DNA of 64,000 nt. Origin: Candidatus Binatia bacterium (lineage in GTDB: Bacteria > Desulfobacterota > Binatia > Bin18). The notes below the pieces were generated by a model. The model was not told the DNA's origin, searched no databases, and was given only the letters and a program-made list of their open reading frames with translations. The stretch lies in the NCBI GenBank assembly GCA_963666315.2, contig CAXXHG010000043.1:608001-672000 (forward strand), in the 5' to 3' direction. Positions 21,636-31,261 of this stretch are shown here, in pieces (position 1 is the first letter of the stretch; each line of letters begins with the position of its first letter). The translations under genes were made by a program, and so were the position numbers.

Positions 21636-22414
21636 GGCAATTCCCTCCTGACTTTTTCAAGATAATCGAGATCGATCTCTGCAGTAATAACACATTCTTT
21701 ATCCGGAGCGCGGGCGAGGATTTTCCCCCACGGATCAATAATCATGGAGTTGCCGTAATCCGCAAATCCGTACACATTTTTGCCAATCTGGTTGGGCGCC
21801 ACGATATAGACTTGGTTTTCAATCGCTCTGGCCCGCAGCAAAGCCTCCCAATGGGCAGCTCCAGTTGGAGAAGTGAACGCTGACGGAACAAAAACGATCT
21901 GTGCGCCTCTGTGTGTCAGTCCTCGGTATAATTCAGGAAAGCGAAGGTCATAACAGACGGAAAGACCGACCGTGCCCAGCGGTGTTGTGGCTGTAACGAC
22001 CTCTTCACCCGGCTTCATACTATCTGACTCTTTTATGCTGACCTGGCCTGGAATATCGACATCAAAGAGGTGGATTTTCCGGTAACAGGCGAGGATATCA
22101 CCCTCTGGGCTGAAGAGGAGGCTGGTGTTATACGCGCGTGACTCGTCGGATTTCTCAAGAAACGAGCCAGCCAGAAGATGGATAGCATAACGAGTTGCCA
22201 GTTCCTGGAGTCGACGTGTGGTAGGACCTGGGATGGACTCGACCTGCGCCGGCTCTTTTCTGTGCCGGCCGCGCCACGAGAATACCTCTGGTAGTACGAC
22301 GAGAGCGGCTCCTCGTTCTGCTGCCATCCGGACAAATGTCTCGGCCTTAGCGAGATTCTCTGCCTTGGAAGACGAGGCCGTCATTTGTACTGCTGCCGCA
22401 AGATAGGATCGCAT
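21611..22414 (-). CDS. Carbon-nitrogen hydrolase (Nit1/YafV-like amidase)
   Basis: E-K-C triad motifs LPE, YRKIHLFD, VCYDLRFPE; ARAIENQ. Confidence 0.9.
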   Translation of the reverse strand: MRSYLAAAVQMTASSSKAENLAKAETFVRMAAERGAALVVLPEVFSWRGRHRKEPAQVESIPGPTTRRLQELATRYAIHLLAGSFLEKSDESRAYNTSLLFSPEGDILACYRKIHLFDVDIPGQVSIKESDSMKPGEEVVTATTPLGTVGLSVCYDLRFPELYRGLTHRGAQIVFVPSAFTSPTGAAHWEALLRARAIENQVYIVAPNQIGKNVYGFADYGNSMIIDPWGKILARAPDKECVITAEIDLDYLEKVRRELPCLAHRRL

Positions 22415-22543
22415 CGCTCGTATTCCTTACATACTCCGAGGACGAAGACTAGCGAACGCCTCAGACAGGGTCAAGGCAATATATGCGGGTACTTTGCGGC
22501 ACTGGTGTGTTCCGATAGGCAGACGCTACGGGACGCTGAAACA

Positions 22544-24265
22544 GTGGACGAAAAAGAGCTTCCAAAAAGCACGGGTTTTATCCTCATCGGCCTGAGTAGC
22601 ATCATCCTTCTTCTCCCGCTCTCCCTGATGCAGGTGACCAGCGGCCATGAGGCGCAAGAGGGACTGCGGCTGCGCGCTTTGCTAGAGGGCAGGCAGTGGC
22701 TCTTTCCTGAAGGACTGACAAAGCCGCCGTTGTTCTATTGGCTGGGGGGGTTGATCGCGCAGCTTCGTGGCGGCGTGATTGATATCCTCTCTCTCCGCCT
22801 TCCGTCCGGACTTTTGGCAACATGCGGTGTCCTGGCTGTCTTTTGGCTTGGGCGCTCCGCAATCCCACCGACGGGAAGTTTTCTGGCCGCCTGCATCTTG
22901 CTGACCTCGCCTTTGTATGTATGGCAGGCGCACAGTGGACGCATTGATATGACGCTGTGCTTCTTTGTCACGCTGGGTCTCTTGGCCTTCTTCTGGGGCT
23001 ATAGGCAAGGGCAACAAGGTGGTGAACGCCGATCCAGCTTGTGGCTCTTGAGCGTGTATAGCTCGCTAACGCTGGCAGTCTTGAGCAAAGGTCCGGTCGG
23101 CGCGGTATTAATTCTCCTGCCTATTGTCGTTTTTCTGTGCTGGCGCAGAGAATTCCACTGGTTTCGGCTTTTGCTCCGACCTGTTCCGCTGCTCCTCTGT
23201 GCTTTGGTTATCCTCGGCTGGTATGGCGGGGCGTTGTTGGAGGATGGATCGGATATTTGGCAAACGCAGATTCTCATCGAGAACCTGGCTCGCTTTGCGG
23301 GGAATATCGATACCACCTCGCCATTCTATTATATCGAGCCTGTGCTGAGTATGTTTGCTCCGTGGAGCCTGGTGTTGCCGTTTGCCTTGTGGCAGGCGGT
23401 GAAAGAACGTGAACACCACCCCGGTCCTTTTTTTCTTGCCGTCTGGTGGATAACGATCGTGCTGTTCTTTCAATTTGCGGCGTATAAGCGCATTCGCTAT
23501 ATGCTGCCCACGCAGCCGGCTGCCGCCCTACTCGTGGGCTGGTGGCTTACAACGCATCTCCCAGAAAGACTGACGACTTGGAAAGAACGATGCTGGTGGA
23601 AGCCTGTGGTAGTGTGTGTTGCCTTCCTGTTGGGTCTCCTGTTCCTGGCAGGAGTTGGTGTCATTATTGGCATCACGCTGCACGGAACTGACGCGATTAC
23701 CTGGCTGTTACCGCTGCTGAAGACCAAAACTCAGGCGCAGGTTCTGGTGTACGCTCAGTGGCTTGCCAGCTATGCCTGGCCGAGTCTCATCGTCTGGCTG
23801 TGTATGGCTGGAGCCGGCTCGATTCTGTGCCGTAGCCTGCTGTGCGGAGAGCTACGCCCAGCGTTCCTGGCCCTGCTCGTTTTGTTGGGTATGTCGTATG
23901 CAGCCGTCTATCCATCTTGGGCTGTTGTGAAGAGCTGGGCCGGCTCGCCCCAGGATTTTGCCCATACGATCATAGCTAGGACAGGACAGAACAGAACTGG
24001 ACAAACGCGCGCTCTCTCTTTTATCGGCCCTAGTGCGATCCGGGGTTTGCCCATTATGTTTTACCTCAAGCAGCGGGTGGCCGTCGTCGTAGTGGAGTGG
24101 AAGCCAGGTGCTCAGCAGCCACCGCTCGCCGGCGGGTATTACCTTGTGGCCAAGGAGAGGATAAAAGAACTGGGTCCCACGTTCGGGAAAACCTGGGTGG
24201 AAATTTTGCATGACACCAGCGCATCACACTGGCCATTCGTTATATTCCGCTATGCGGCTGCCTGA
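22544..24265 (+). CDS. ArnT/PMT_2-like GT-C glycosyltransferase
   Basis: KPPLFYW, RLPS, LSKGPVG, YY...PWS, K..RYMLP; start uncertain. Confidence 0.85.
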   Translation: MDEKELPKSTGFILIGLSSIILLLPLSLMQVTSGHEAQEGLRLRALLEGRQWLFPEGLTKPPLFYWLGGLIAQLRGGVIDILSLRLPSGLLATCGVLAVFWLGRSAIPPTGSFLAACILLTSPLYVWQAHSGRIDMTLCFFVTLGLLAFFWGYRQGQQGGERRSSLWLLSVYSSLTLAVLSKGPVGAVLILLPIVVFLCWRREFHWFRLLLRPVPLLLCALVILGWYGGALLEDGSDIWQTQILIENLARFAGNIDTTSPFYYIEPVLSMFAPWSLVLPFALWQAVKEREHHPGPFFLAVWWITIVLFFQFAAYKRIRYMLPTQPAAALLVGWWLTTHLPERLTTWKERCWWKPVVVCVAFLLGLLFLAGVGVIIGITLHGTDAITWLLPLLKTKTQAQVLVYAQWLASYAWPSLIVWLCMAGAGSILCRSLLCGELRPAFLALLVLLGMSYAAVYPSWAVVKSWAGSPQDFAHTIIARTGQNRTGQTRALSFIGPSAIRGLPIMFYLKQRVAVVVVEWKPGAQQPPLAGGYYLVAKERIKELGPTFGKTWVEILHDTSASHWPFVIFRYAAA

Positions 24266-24275
24266 AAGGAGATCG

Positions 24276-24557
24276 GTGCTGCAATTGGTACGTAGTGGGT
24301 GCAGGCTGTGGCTATTCTTGAGCCTGCTCTTGTCAGGCTGCCAAATGGTTCAACCCGCGCTCTCATTTACTGAGTCAGGCCGCGACTGGCAACTTGGGCA
24401 GGTATTAAGCCAGCGGTCGGAGCTTGAAGAACAATACCGGCAGTGTCTGATCGATCGGCAGAGAGGCCAAACAGGTGAGGCAAGCGATGCAAGTGATAAT
24501 TGTTCTGCGTATAAGGCAGAGCTGGAGAAACCGATTGTCCTACCTGTCGAGCAGTAA
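24276..24557 (+). CDS. Small putative lipoprotein
   Basis: AAGGAG RBS, GTG start, hydrophobic stretch with lipobox LLSGC. Confidence 0.6.
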   Translation: MLQLVRSGCRLWLFLSLLLSGCQMVQPALSFTESGRDWQLGQVLSQRSELEEQYRQCLIDRQRGQTGEASDASDNCSAYKAELEKPIVLPVEQ

Positions 24558-24572
24558 GCATATACTCGGCGG

Positions 24573-24596
24573 AGGGGCAATGCACGAATTGCCCCT
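24573..24596. repeat. REP-like palindrome between convergent genes
   Basis: AGGGGCAAT-GCACGA-ATTGCCCCT; related core AGCAATT-TCGTG-AATTGCT at 40083-40101. Confidence 0.6.
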
Positions 24597-24619
24597 ATAT
24601 AAAGACGGCGACCTCGAAT

Positions 24620-25384
24620 TCATGATTTCGAGGTCGGCAAGTCCATGACCGCCATACCTTCCAGAGCCAGGCCATAACCCAGCCCGTCGAGCATTAGTTT
24701 TTTGATCTGGTGGGTAAGGGATATGCGTGCATAGCGTAGGGTCAGCGGCGGCTGTTTAGCCAATTGTTCAGCCAGCTCCCAGGCGCGAGCAGACAGCTGG
24801 TCCTGGGGCATGACTTCATTCACCACCCCGAGGGTGAGCGATTCTTGGGCGGACAGCTTTTGTCCGGTCAGAAGAAAATAGCGTCCTCGATTCGCTCCCA
24901 AAAGTAAAGGCCAGACCAGATGGACGCCGTCGCCCGGCACGATGCCGTTTGGGAAGTGGGGCGCGTCTTGAAAGGCTGCGGTGTCGGAGGCCAGTACGAT
25001 ATCGCACAGAGCAGGGATCTCTGCATGGATGAGTGCCGGCCCGTTCACTGCGGCAATCATAGGGACAGGAATATCGAGCAGATTCATCAGCAGGCGTTTA
25101 CCTTCCCAATACACCGTGTCCCACCCGCGCGGGGTACCCAGGCTGTCGCCAAAGCTGGCAAAATCAATATCCGCACAATAGGCATCCCCTGTCCCGGTGA
25201 GGATGACTACTTTGTTGTCCGGATCGGCGCCGATGTCGACACAGGCATGTCCAATTTCCCGGTGGACAGGCTCGTTCCATACCAGCGGCCCATCGTTGGT
25301 ATGGAAGGTCACTTCCAGAATACCGTCGCGGCGCTGCATTTTCATCGTTTCGTACTTATGGGCATAGTCTTCGAATTGGCTCAT
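24620..25384 (-). CDS. Enoyl-CoA hydratase/isomerase family protein
   Basis: VILTGTGDAYCADID, MIAAVNGPA, LLTGQKLSAQE, GVVNEV. Confidence 0.9.
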   Translation of the reverse strand: MSQFEDYAHKYETMKMQRRDGILEVTFHTNDGPLVWNEPVHREIGHACVDIGADPDNKVVILTGTGDAYCADIDFASFGDSLGTPRGWDTVYWEGKRLLMNLLDIPVPMIAAVNGPALIHAEIPALCDIVLASDTAAFQDAPHFPNGIVPGDGVHLVWPLLLGANRGRYFLLTGQKLSAQESLTLGVVNEVMPQDQLSARAWELAEQLAKQPPLTLRYARISLTHQIKKLMLDGLGYGLALEGMAVMDLPTSKS

Positions 25385-25473
25385 CTTGTCCCTCCTTTGC
25401 TAAACTGCTTTTCTTCTATCTCTTGTCTTCATGCACTGTCGAGAGAGAGAGAAAAAAGATGTCAGGAGATCTG

Positions 25474-25745
25474 ATGCGTTTCGTCGATCAGTTTCATGTG
25501 ATCCTACTGGATATGGCCACGACCTTTGCGTTTGGTGTTAACCGTTTTTCTGAGGAGATATTGTTGGGGCCAAAGGGGTCGGGCTGGCTGCGGTGTGGAT
25601 TAACGCCCAGCAAGACTAGAGGGCGGACAAGGTGGACGAAGCGGACCAGAACGTTCGGCCCGATCTGGTTATCCGAAATCTGCCCGAACTGCTTGCCGAA
25701 ACGGGTGTGAAGCGTGTAAATGAAAAAAAAGGACACAGCACATGA
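25474..25745 (+). pseudogene. Collapsed HAD-family hydrolase remnant
   Basis: N-terminal VILLDMATTF (motif I) joined out of frame to DIVGAKGVGLAAVWIN (motif IV) and PDLVIRNLPELL (typical HAD C-terminus); middle missing. Confidence 0.65.
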
Positions 25746-26628
25746 ATGCTCGCATTTTTCATATTGTTGACGTGTTTGCGGAGAAAAATTTACCGGCAAC
25801 CAGCTTGCCGTCTGCTTAAATGCAGGCGACCTGACTGACGGGCAGATGCAAGGCATTGCCAAAGAAATGCACTTCTCAGAGACAACGTTTATTGTCTCCG
25901 ACAGCCAGCCTAACGGGGGCTATGACGTTCGCATCTTCAGCCCAAAGGAAGAGGTGCCTTTTGCCGGGCATCCAACCTTGGGTACGGCGTATGTCATCCA
26001 GAGCGAGATGCTGCAGGAGCCTGTAGAGCAAGTTCTCCTCAATCTCACCGTGGGACAGATTCTGGTGACGTTTACCTATGACGGTGGCGAGGCGGACATC
26101 CTGTGGATGCAGCAAAAAGAGGCAACGTTCGGTCGACAGCTCGATCCCAAAAATATGGCTGAGGTGTTAGGAATCAAGCCTGCAGACCTGGATGAACGAT
26201 TCCCAGTTGAAGAAGTCTCCACTGGACTGCCACATATTATTGTTCCGCTAAAGACCCTGGAGAGTGTGCGACGCATTCAGGTTGCCAGGGACAAATACTT
26301 TGCTTTAATCGAACAGCAATGGGCAAGATCCATTCTCGTGTTTTGCCAAGAGACCTATCAGTCGCAGAATCAGGTCAACGTCCGCGTCTTTGCCGAGTAC
26401 TACGCTGTCCCGGAAGACCCTGCCACTGGGAGTGGAAATGGATGTCTGGCTGGATATTTGGTCAAACACCACTACTGGGGCAGCAATCAGATCGACGTGC
26501 GATCGGAACAAGGCTATGAAATCGACCAACCGTCGCTTCTTCTCCTCCAAGCGCAGGAGGGCGATGGACAGATTGCGGTTGCCGTTGGTGGGAAGGTCAT
26601 ACAGATTGCTAAGGGAGAATTTATTTAG
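25742..26628 (+). pseudogene. PhzF-family protein with a -1 frameshift near codon 15
   Basis: ATG 25742 MNARIFHIVDVFAEK, then the -1 frame continues FTGNQLAV...FSETTF, EVPFAGHPTLG, EDPATGSG. Confidence 0.85.
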
Positions 26629-26637
26629 CAGAAAAGA

Positions 26638-27966
26638 CTAGGCCGAGTGCGTGTGTTGGGTCGGTCGTAGAATGTGGGCAAGGTCTTGGGCTAGGCGTGA
26701 CGCTTCTTTTGGGGTGAGTGTTGAGATATTGATCCGTACTGCTGGGGGGCTACTCAGCCGATAGCGCTCGCCCGCGCGGACCGCCCAGCCCTGGATTGCC
26801 AAACCGGTCACAACGCTGACTTCCTCACGAACAGGAACCCAGACGTTCATGCCTGACCGACCATAGGCGGGAATGCCGTGATTGTCTAAAGCGGAGAGCA
26901 GGGCCGTTCTCCGCCGTGTGTAGGTGTCTGCCGCTGTTTGGAGCTGCTGCGCCGTGCGCGCAGTGGTCCACAGGAGCTCAACACACTGCTGCAGAATATG
27001 GCTGACCCAACCCGCGCCTAATCGTTGGCGCCCCTCGATGCGGGCTATGGTCGTGGCATCTCCCGTAACCAGAGCCAAGCGCAGGTCGGGCCCCAGTGAC
27101 TTTGAGACTGAGCGTACGACTGCCCAGCGTTCCTTTTTCGCATAGCAGACGGTATGGGCTGAAACGCCGGCCACCGGGCCGGCGTGATCGTCTTCGATAA
27201 CCAGGACGGTTGCATATGCGTCAAGGACTTTGCGCAGGGCTTTGGCCCGTTGCGCATCCACGGCCGCGCCCATGGGATTCTGGGCGCGCGGCGTAAAAAT
27301 ACAGGCGTGCACTCCATTTGCGAGAACATGCGCTAGTGCAGCCGGGAGAAGACCACACTCATCAATGGTTACCGGGATGACTACAAGGCCGAGCGCCCCA
27401 ACCAGATCAAAGATTTCATTAAAGCCGGGGTCTTCTACGGCGACGCGATCGCCGGGACGGAGATGGGCTTGAAGAATCCGTTCAATCGCGTCTAACGCAC
27501 CGCCCATCAGAGCGAGATGTGTTGCCGGAATGTGATCGCTTGCGAACTGTTTTGCCGCAAGCGTGAGCAGAGACGGACGGTTGGGCGGACCACTATACAG
27601 GACGGGCTGGCCGTCGAGTCGCTGAAAAACACTCTTGAGCCGAGGCAAGAGTACCGGATCTGGATTGCCTTCGGCAAGATTGTGTAAGTGTGGGGCAATC
27701 TGGTCGCTCGGTCGGATCGGCAAAGGCGGCCGCCGGCTGACCTTGGTGCCGTTGCGCCCTTGAGCGCTCAGAATCCCACGGGCTTGCAGACTCTTATAGG
27801 CTGAAGCCACAGTGGCTGGACTGACACCCAAAAAAATCGCCAGTGTACGGACCGGCGGCAGGGCGGCCCCACCCGGAATCCGAGTCGCCACAATATGCTT
27901 CTCAATGCTGGCTGTGATTTCGCTTGCGTTTGCTCCTACAATGGAATATTGTACTGCTACTTTCAT
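26638..27966 (-). CDS. MocR/GabR-type GntR regulator (wHTH + PLP aminotransferase domain)
   Basis: LPPVRTLA..LGVSPATVASAY; EDPG, NPMG, EDD, SVSKSLGPDLR. Confidence 0.92.
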   Translation of the reverse strand: MKVAVQYSIVGANASEITASIEKHIVATRIPGGAALPPVRTLAIFLGVSPATVASAYKSLQARGILSAQGRNGTKVSRRPPLPIRPSDQIAPHLHNLAEGNPDPVLLPRLKSVFQRLDGQPVLYSGPPNRPSLLTLAAKQFASDHIPATHLALMGGALDAIERILQAHLRPGDRVAVEDPGFNEIFDLVGALGLVVIPVTIDECGLLPAALAHVLANGVHACIFTPRAQNPMGAAVDAQRAKALRKVLDAYATVLVIEDDHAGPVAGVSAHTVCYAKKERWAVVRSVSKSLGPDLRLALVTGDATTIARIEGRQRLGAGWVSHILQQCVELLWTTARTAQQLQTAADTYTRRRTALLSALDNHGIPAYGRSGMNVWVPVREEVSVVTGLAIQGWAVRAGERYRLSSPPAVRINISTLTPKEASRLAQDLAHILRPTQHTHSA

Positions 27967-27985
27967 TTATTTGTAATATTACAAA
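27937..27985. promoter_or_regulatory. Two palindromic operator candidates between the MocR and PNPOx-family genes
   Basis: Perfect 16-bp TTTGTAATATTACAAA (27970-27985) and TACAAT-N5-ATTGTA (27937-27953). Confidence 0.65.
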
Positions 27986-28002
27986 AAGAAAGGTGTATGT
28001 CA

Positions 28003-28659
28003 ATGCAGGATTTTGAACGAACCGAGCAGACCCGATTGCACCGTATGCCGGAACGCGGGTCGTACGACCGCAAACTTGTCAGTGCCATATTGGCTGAGGG
28101 CCTGTATTGCCACGTCGCCTTTAGCGTAGATGGGCAGCCGTATGTCATTCCGACTATCTACGCGCAGATCGATGATCGCCTCTATATCCATGGCTCAGCG
28201 GCGAGCCGTATGTTGCGCTCCATTGGTGAGGATTTCCAGGTGTGTGTCACCGTGACGCTGCTGGATGGCCTGGTTCTGGCTCGCTCTGCGTTTCATCACT
28301 CCATGAATTATCGTTCTGTCGTCATTCTCGGTCGGGCAAAAGAAGTGACTGATCTGGACGAAAAAAATACAGCGCTTAGAGCCATTGTCGATCACGTTAT
28401 GCCTGAGCGCTGGGACGACGTGCGTGGACCGTCAGCGCAAGAGCTCAGAGCAACGAGTGTAATCCGGGTGCCGTTAGTCGAAGTGTCAGCTAAGATTCGG
28501 ACTGGTCCGCCGGCAGACGCGGACGGGGACTATCAGCTCGACTGCTGGGCGGGCGAAATTCCGCTGCAATTGACACCGCAGACTCCAGTAGCTGATCCTC
28601 AACTCCGTGCGGATATTGCGCTACCTCTGTATGTCCAGGCTTACCAGCGACCCCATTAG
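28003..28659 (+). CDS. Pyridoxamine 5'-phosphate oxidase / NimA-like flavin-nucleotide-binding protein
   Basis: LYIHGSAASRM, DGLVLARSAFHHSMNYRSVV, SAKIRTGPP, WAG. Confidence 0.9.
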   Translation: MQDFERTEQTRLHRMPERGSYDRKLVSAILAEGLYCHVAFSVDGQPYVIPTIYAQIDDRLYIHGSAASRMLRSIGEDFQVCVTVTLLDGLVLARSAFHHSMNYRSVVILGRAKEVTDLDEKNTALRAIVDHVMPERWDDVRGPSAQELRATSVIRVPLVEVSAKIRTGPPADADGDYQLDCWAGEIPLQLTPQTPVADPQLRADIALPLYVQAYQRPH

Positions 28660-28676
28660 TCCTGTGTAGGAATGCG

Positions 28677-29180
28677 ATGGACCACCGTATCCGACTTGTC
28701 ACCACAGAAGATGAATCCTTCTTGTGGGAAATGCTCTACTATTCCGCTCATATAGACGAAGGTGCAGAACCTCTAGAGTCGGCCAAGACTAACCCTGACC
28801 TTGCACCATACGTGACGAATTGGGGTAGGACGGGGGATGTTGGTGTGGTTGCTCTGGATTCGAAGACTCAGGCGAAGGTTGGAGCGGCGTGGGTGAGACG
28901 CATGCCTCACACCTTCGCAGTGTATGACTATGTTGATCCGCGTCTGCCCGAACTCGCAATCGCCGTCCGGCCCGAGTCGCTTGGATCTGGGATTGATTCT
29001 GCCCTGTTAACGCGACTCCTAGAGGAAGCGCACAACGTTCATCCCGGCATGGTGCTCAGCGTGCAAGCGAATAATCCGGCTAAGCGGCTGTATGAACGGC
29101 TGGGATTTGTCGTGGTCGCACAGATTACAAATCGAGTCGGTGGTAAGTCGGCTGTGATGAAGACTGATTTTACAGCCTGA
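28677..29180 (+). CDS. GNAT acetyltransferase (motif A degenerate)
   Basis: VGAAW, ELAIAVRPESLGSGIDSALL, NPAKRLYERLGF. Confidence 0.8.
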   Translation: MDHRIRLVTTEDESFLWEMLYYSAHIDEGAEPLESAKTNPDLAPYVTNWGRTGDVGVVALDSKTQAKVGAAWVRRMPHTFAVYDYVDPRLPELAIAVRPESLGSGIDSALLTRLLEEAHNVHPGMVLSVQANNPAKRLYERLGFVVVAQITNRVGGKSAVMKTDFTA

Positions 29181-29183
29181 TTG

Positions 29184-29966
29184 CTACCTCACCGTGCTAA
29201 ATGTTCGTTCGGACCTACGAATCGCCGAAAAGCACCGGCGAAGCTGTCTATAGACTGGGAGTGCATGGCGAAGGAGAGCAGCAGGCTTGAGAGATGAATG
29301 GCCGCCACGTCGATTGCGGAAGCGGATGTCTACCCAATCAATTCCGTCATAGTGCTCTTGCAGCGTGGCTAAAAAGACATTGCTGAGAGACACATCATCT
29401 GGGATAAGGGCAAGACGCTGTGCGACGCTGGATGCGTGCATGAGACGGTATGGGACGTTTGCGTCTCGTACCCAGGTGCCCGTTGCAGCATAGACAAACC
29501 AAGTCAGGGCTCGTGAGATCAGCAAGCGTTTGAGGCCGTCGTCGCGCTTGTATCGAAAACCGTACACGGGCCTTTTTTTGTTCCGTCTGGCCCATAGGCT
29601 GGGAAAGTAATGCGAATCACACTGGCCGTCAGAGTCGATCTGGAAGATCCACTCCGCATTCCGAGAGACCGCAGTGTGGTACCCCAGCACACACGAGTGC
29701 CCGTGACCGGAGTTCGACTGGTCCACTATTTCGAGCTCAGGAAAATCTGCAGACAGATCGGTGAGAATGCGGAGACTCGAATCGGTCGACCCGTCATTAA
29801 TGGCACACAGGACGAAATTCCCACAGGCCGCTCTGAGAACGGGAACCCATTCCTTGATGACGTGTCGCAGGGCAGTCTGTTCGTTGTATACAGGTAAGAC
29901 AACGAACAGAGCAGGCGATTGTGCGGATGATTGCCCAGACGATTGCGATGGCTGCTCCAGTCCTAT
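29184..29966 (-). CDS. GT2 glycosyltransferase; true N-terminus lies upstream of the called ORF and has no ATG/GTG/TTG
   Basis: Frame open from 29975: FVVLPVYNE, INDGSTDSS, NSGHG, QIDSDGQ, DANVPYRL. Confidence 0.8.
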   Translation of the reverse strand: MGLEQPSQSSGQSSAQSPALFVVLPVYNEQTALRHVIKEWVPVLRAACGNFVLCAINDGSTDSSLRILTDLSADFPELEIVDQSNSGHGHSCVLGYHTAVSRNAEWIFQIDSDGQCDSHYFPSLWARRNKKRPVYGFRYKRDDGLKRLLISRALTWFVYAATGTWVRDANVPYRLMHASSVAQRLALIPDDVSLSNVFLATLQEHYDGIDWVDIRFRNRRGGHSSLKPAALLRHALPVYRQLRRCFSAIRRSERTFSTVR

Positions 29967-29975
29967 GCTCCAGTA

Positions 29976-31112
29976 TTATGCTTTTGCACTACGCTTGAGC
30001 GCATCGGCTTGGATGCGCTCAAAGGTCTGGAGCGCCCTCTCCATGGCTTGGTCGGAATTAATATAGGTATACTGCGCCAGACGGCCACAAAAATAGACGT
30101 GATTTTCTCTCGTTTCTCGTTGCGCGAGTTCTTCATACGAGCGGTATAAGCGCTCAGTGTCGGTCGCTGGGATCGGATACAAAGGGGGACCATCCGCACC
30201 TGGATATTCATAGGCAACGACCGTCCCTGGGTGTTGTTGCTGGGTAATGTGTTTGATCTCGGTGGTGCGGGTATAGGTGTACTGGTTAGGATAGTTGATT
30301 TGGACGCAGGGTTGTCTGTGTTCTTGCGCAAAATATTGAAACTCAAATGTGGCAGAGCGCCAGGGCAGCTTCCCTAAACGGTAGTCAAAATACGCGTCCA
30401 CCGGACCGGAAAATACGGTTGCCTTTCGTGGGCTGATTGTTTTTACTACGTCTTTATAGTTGGTGTTGAACCGGACCTCGATATTCGGATGGTTCAGCAT
30501 GGCGGCAAACATAGCAGTAAACCCGAGTGCGGGGGTTTTTTGAAAAGCGTGGTCAACATAGCGTTCGTCTCTATTGAAACGAATCGGAATTCGTCCAACC
30601 ACGCTTGGGTGTAAATCGCGCGGATGTTTGTCCCAAGCCTTGAGCGTATAGCCTCGATAAAACGTTTCGTATAGCTCCCGTCCGACACGCGACAAGACGT
30701 ATTCTTCCGCATTTTGCGGGTCGTCGATTTTCACACGCAGATCATCAATGAACTGTTTTGCTGATGAAGGGCTAAAGGAGCGATTGAAGAACATTTCGAG
30801 TGTTGTGAGGTTGATCGGGAAGGGGTAGAGGCGTCCGTTCACACAGCTTTTTACGATGTAGTCGCTGTCTGTCCAGTCAGTAAACTGAGAGAGATACTCG
30901 ACCAGGGCAAGGTTATTTGTCCGAAAATAATGCGGCCCATTGTGGTGTATCAGTACGCCACTATCATGCGGTCCGTCATAACACATGCCTGCAATATGGC
31001 TGCGTTGTTCAACCAGCAGGACGCGCCAACCGAGCTGACGGGAGGCGCGCTCAGCGATGACGCAGCCGACCGGGCCGGCTCCGGCTATGAGGAGGTCGCA
31101 CTCCAGGGACAT
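29976..31112 (-). CDS. glf: UDP-galactopyranose mutase
   Basis: GAGPVG, H.NGPHYFRTN, FPINL, YRGYT.K.W, YTRTTEIKH, GRLAQY.YIN.DQ. Confidence 0.92.
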   Translation of the reverse strand: MSLECDLLIAGAGPVGCVIAERASRQLGWRVLLVEQRSHIAGMCYDGPHDSGVLIHHNGPHYFRTNNLALVEYLSQFTDWTDSDYIVKSCVNGRLYPFPINLTTLEMFFNRSFSPSSAKQFIDDLRVKIDDPQNAEEYVLSRVGRELYETFYRGYTLKAWDKHPRDLHPSVVGRIPIRFNRDERYVDHAFQKTPALGFTAMFAAMLNHPNIEVRFNTNYKDVVKTISPRKATVFSGPVDAYFDYRLGKLPWRSATFEFQYFAQEHRQPCVQINYPNQYTYTRTTEIKHITQQQHPGTVVAYEYPGADGPPLYPIPATDTERLYRSYEELAQRETRENHVYFCGRLAQYTYINSDQAMERALQTFERIQADALKRSAKA

Positions 31113-31184
31113 GTGTTTTCTGCCCTTGTGGGGTGAGTTGATGCGCGTGGCATCCAGCTTGATAGGCAATTTGACATGAAGAGG

Positions 31185-31214
31185 AGTATAGGCTTCTTCG
31201 GAGTGTTTCGTCAA
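31185..31214 (-). promoter_or_regulatory. Sigma-70-like promoter of glf
   Basis: TTGACG-N18-TATACT on the minus strand. Confidence 0.55.
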
Positions 31215-31261
31215 TGAACGCGGTCCTGGCCTCCCTTCTTGGACGTTTTGTTTTTTTAGGG

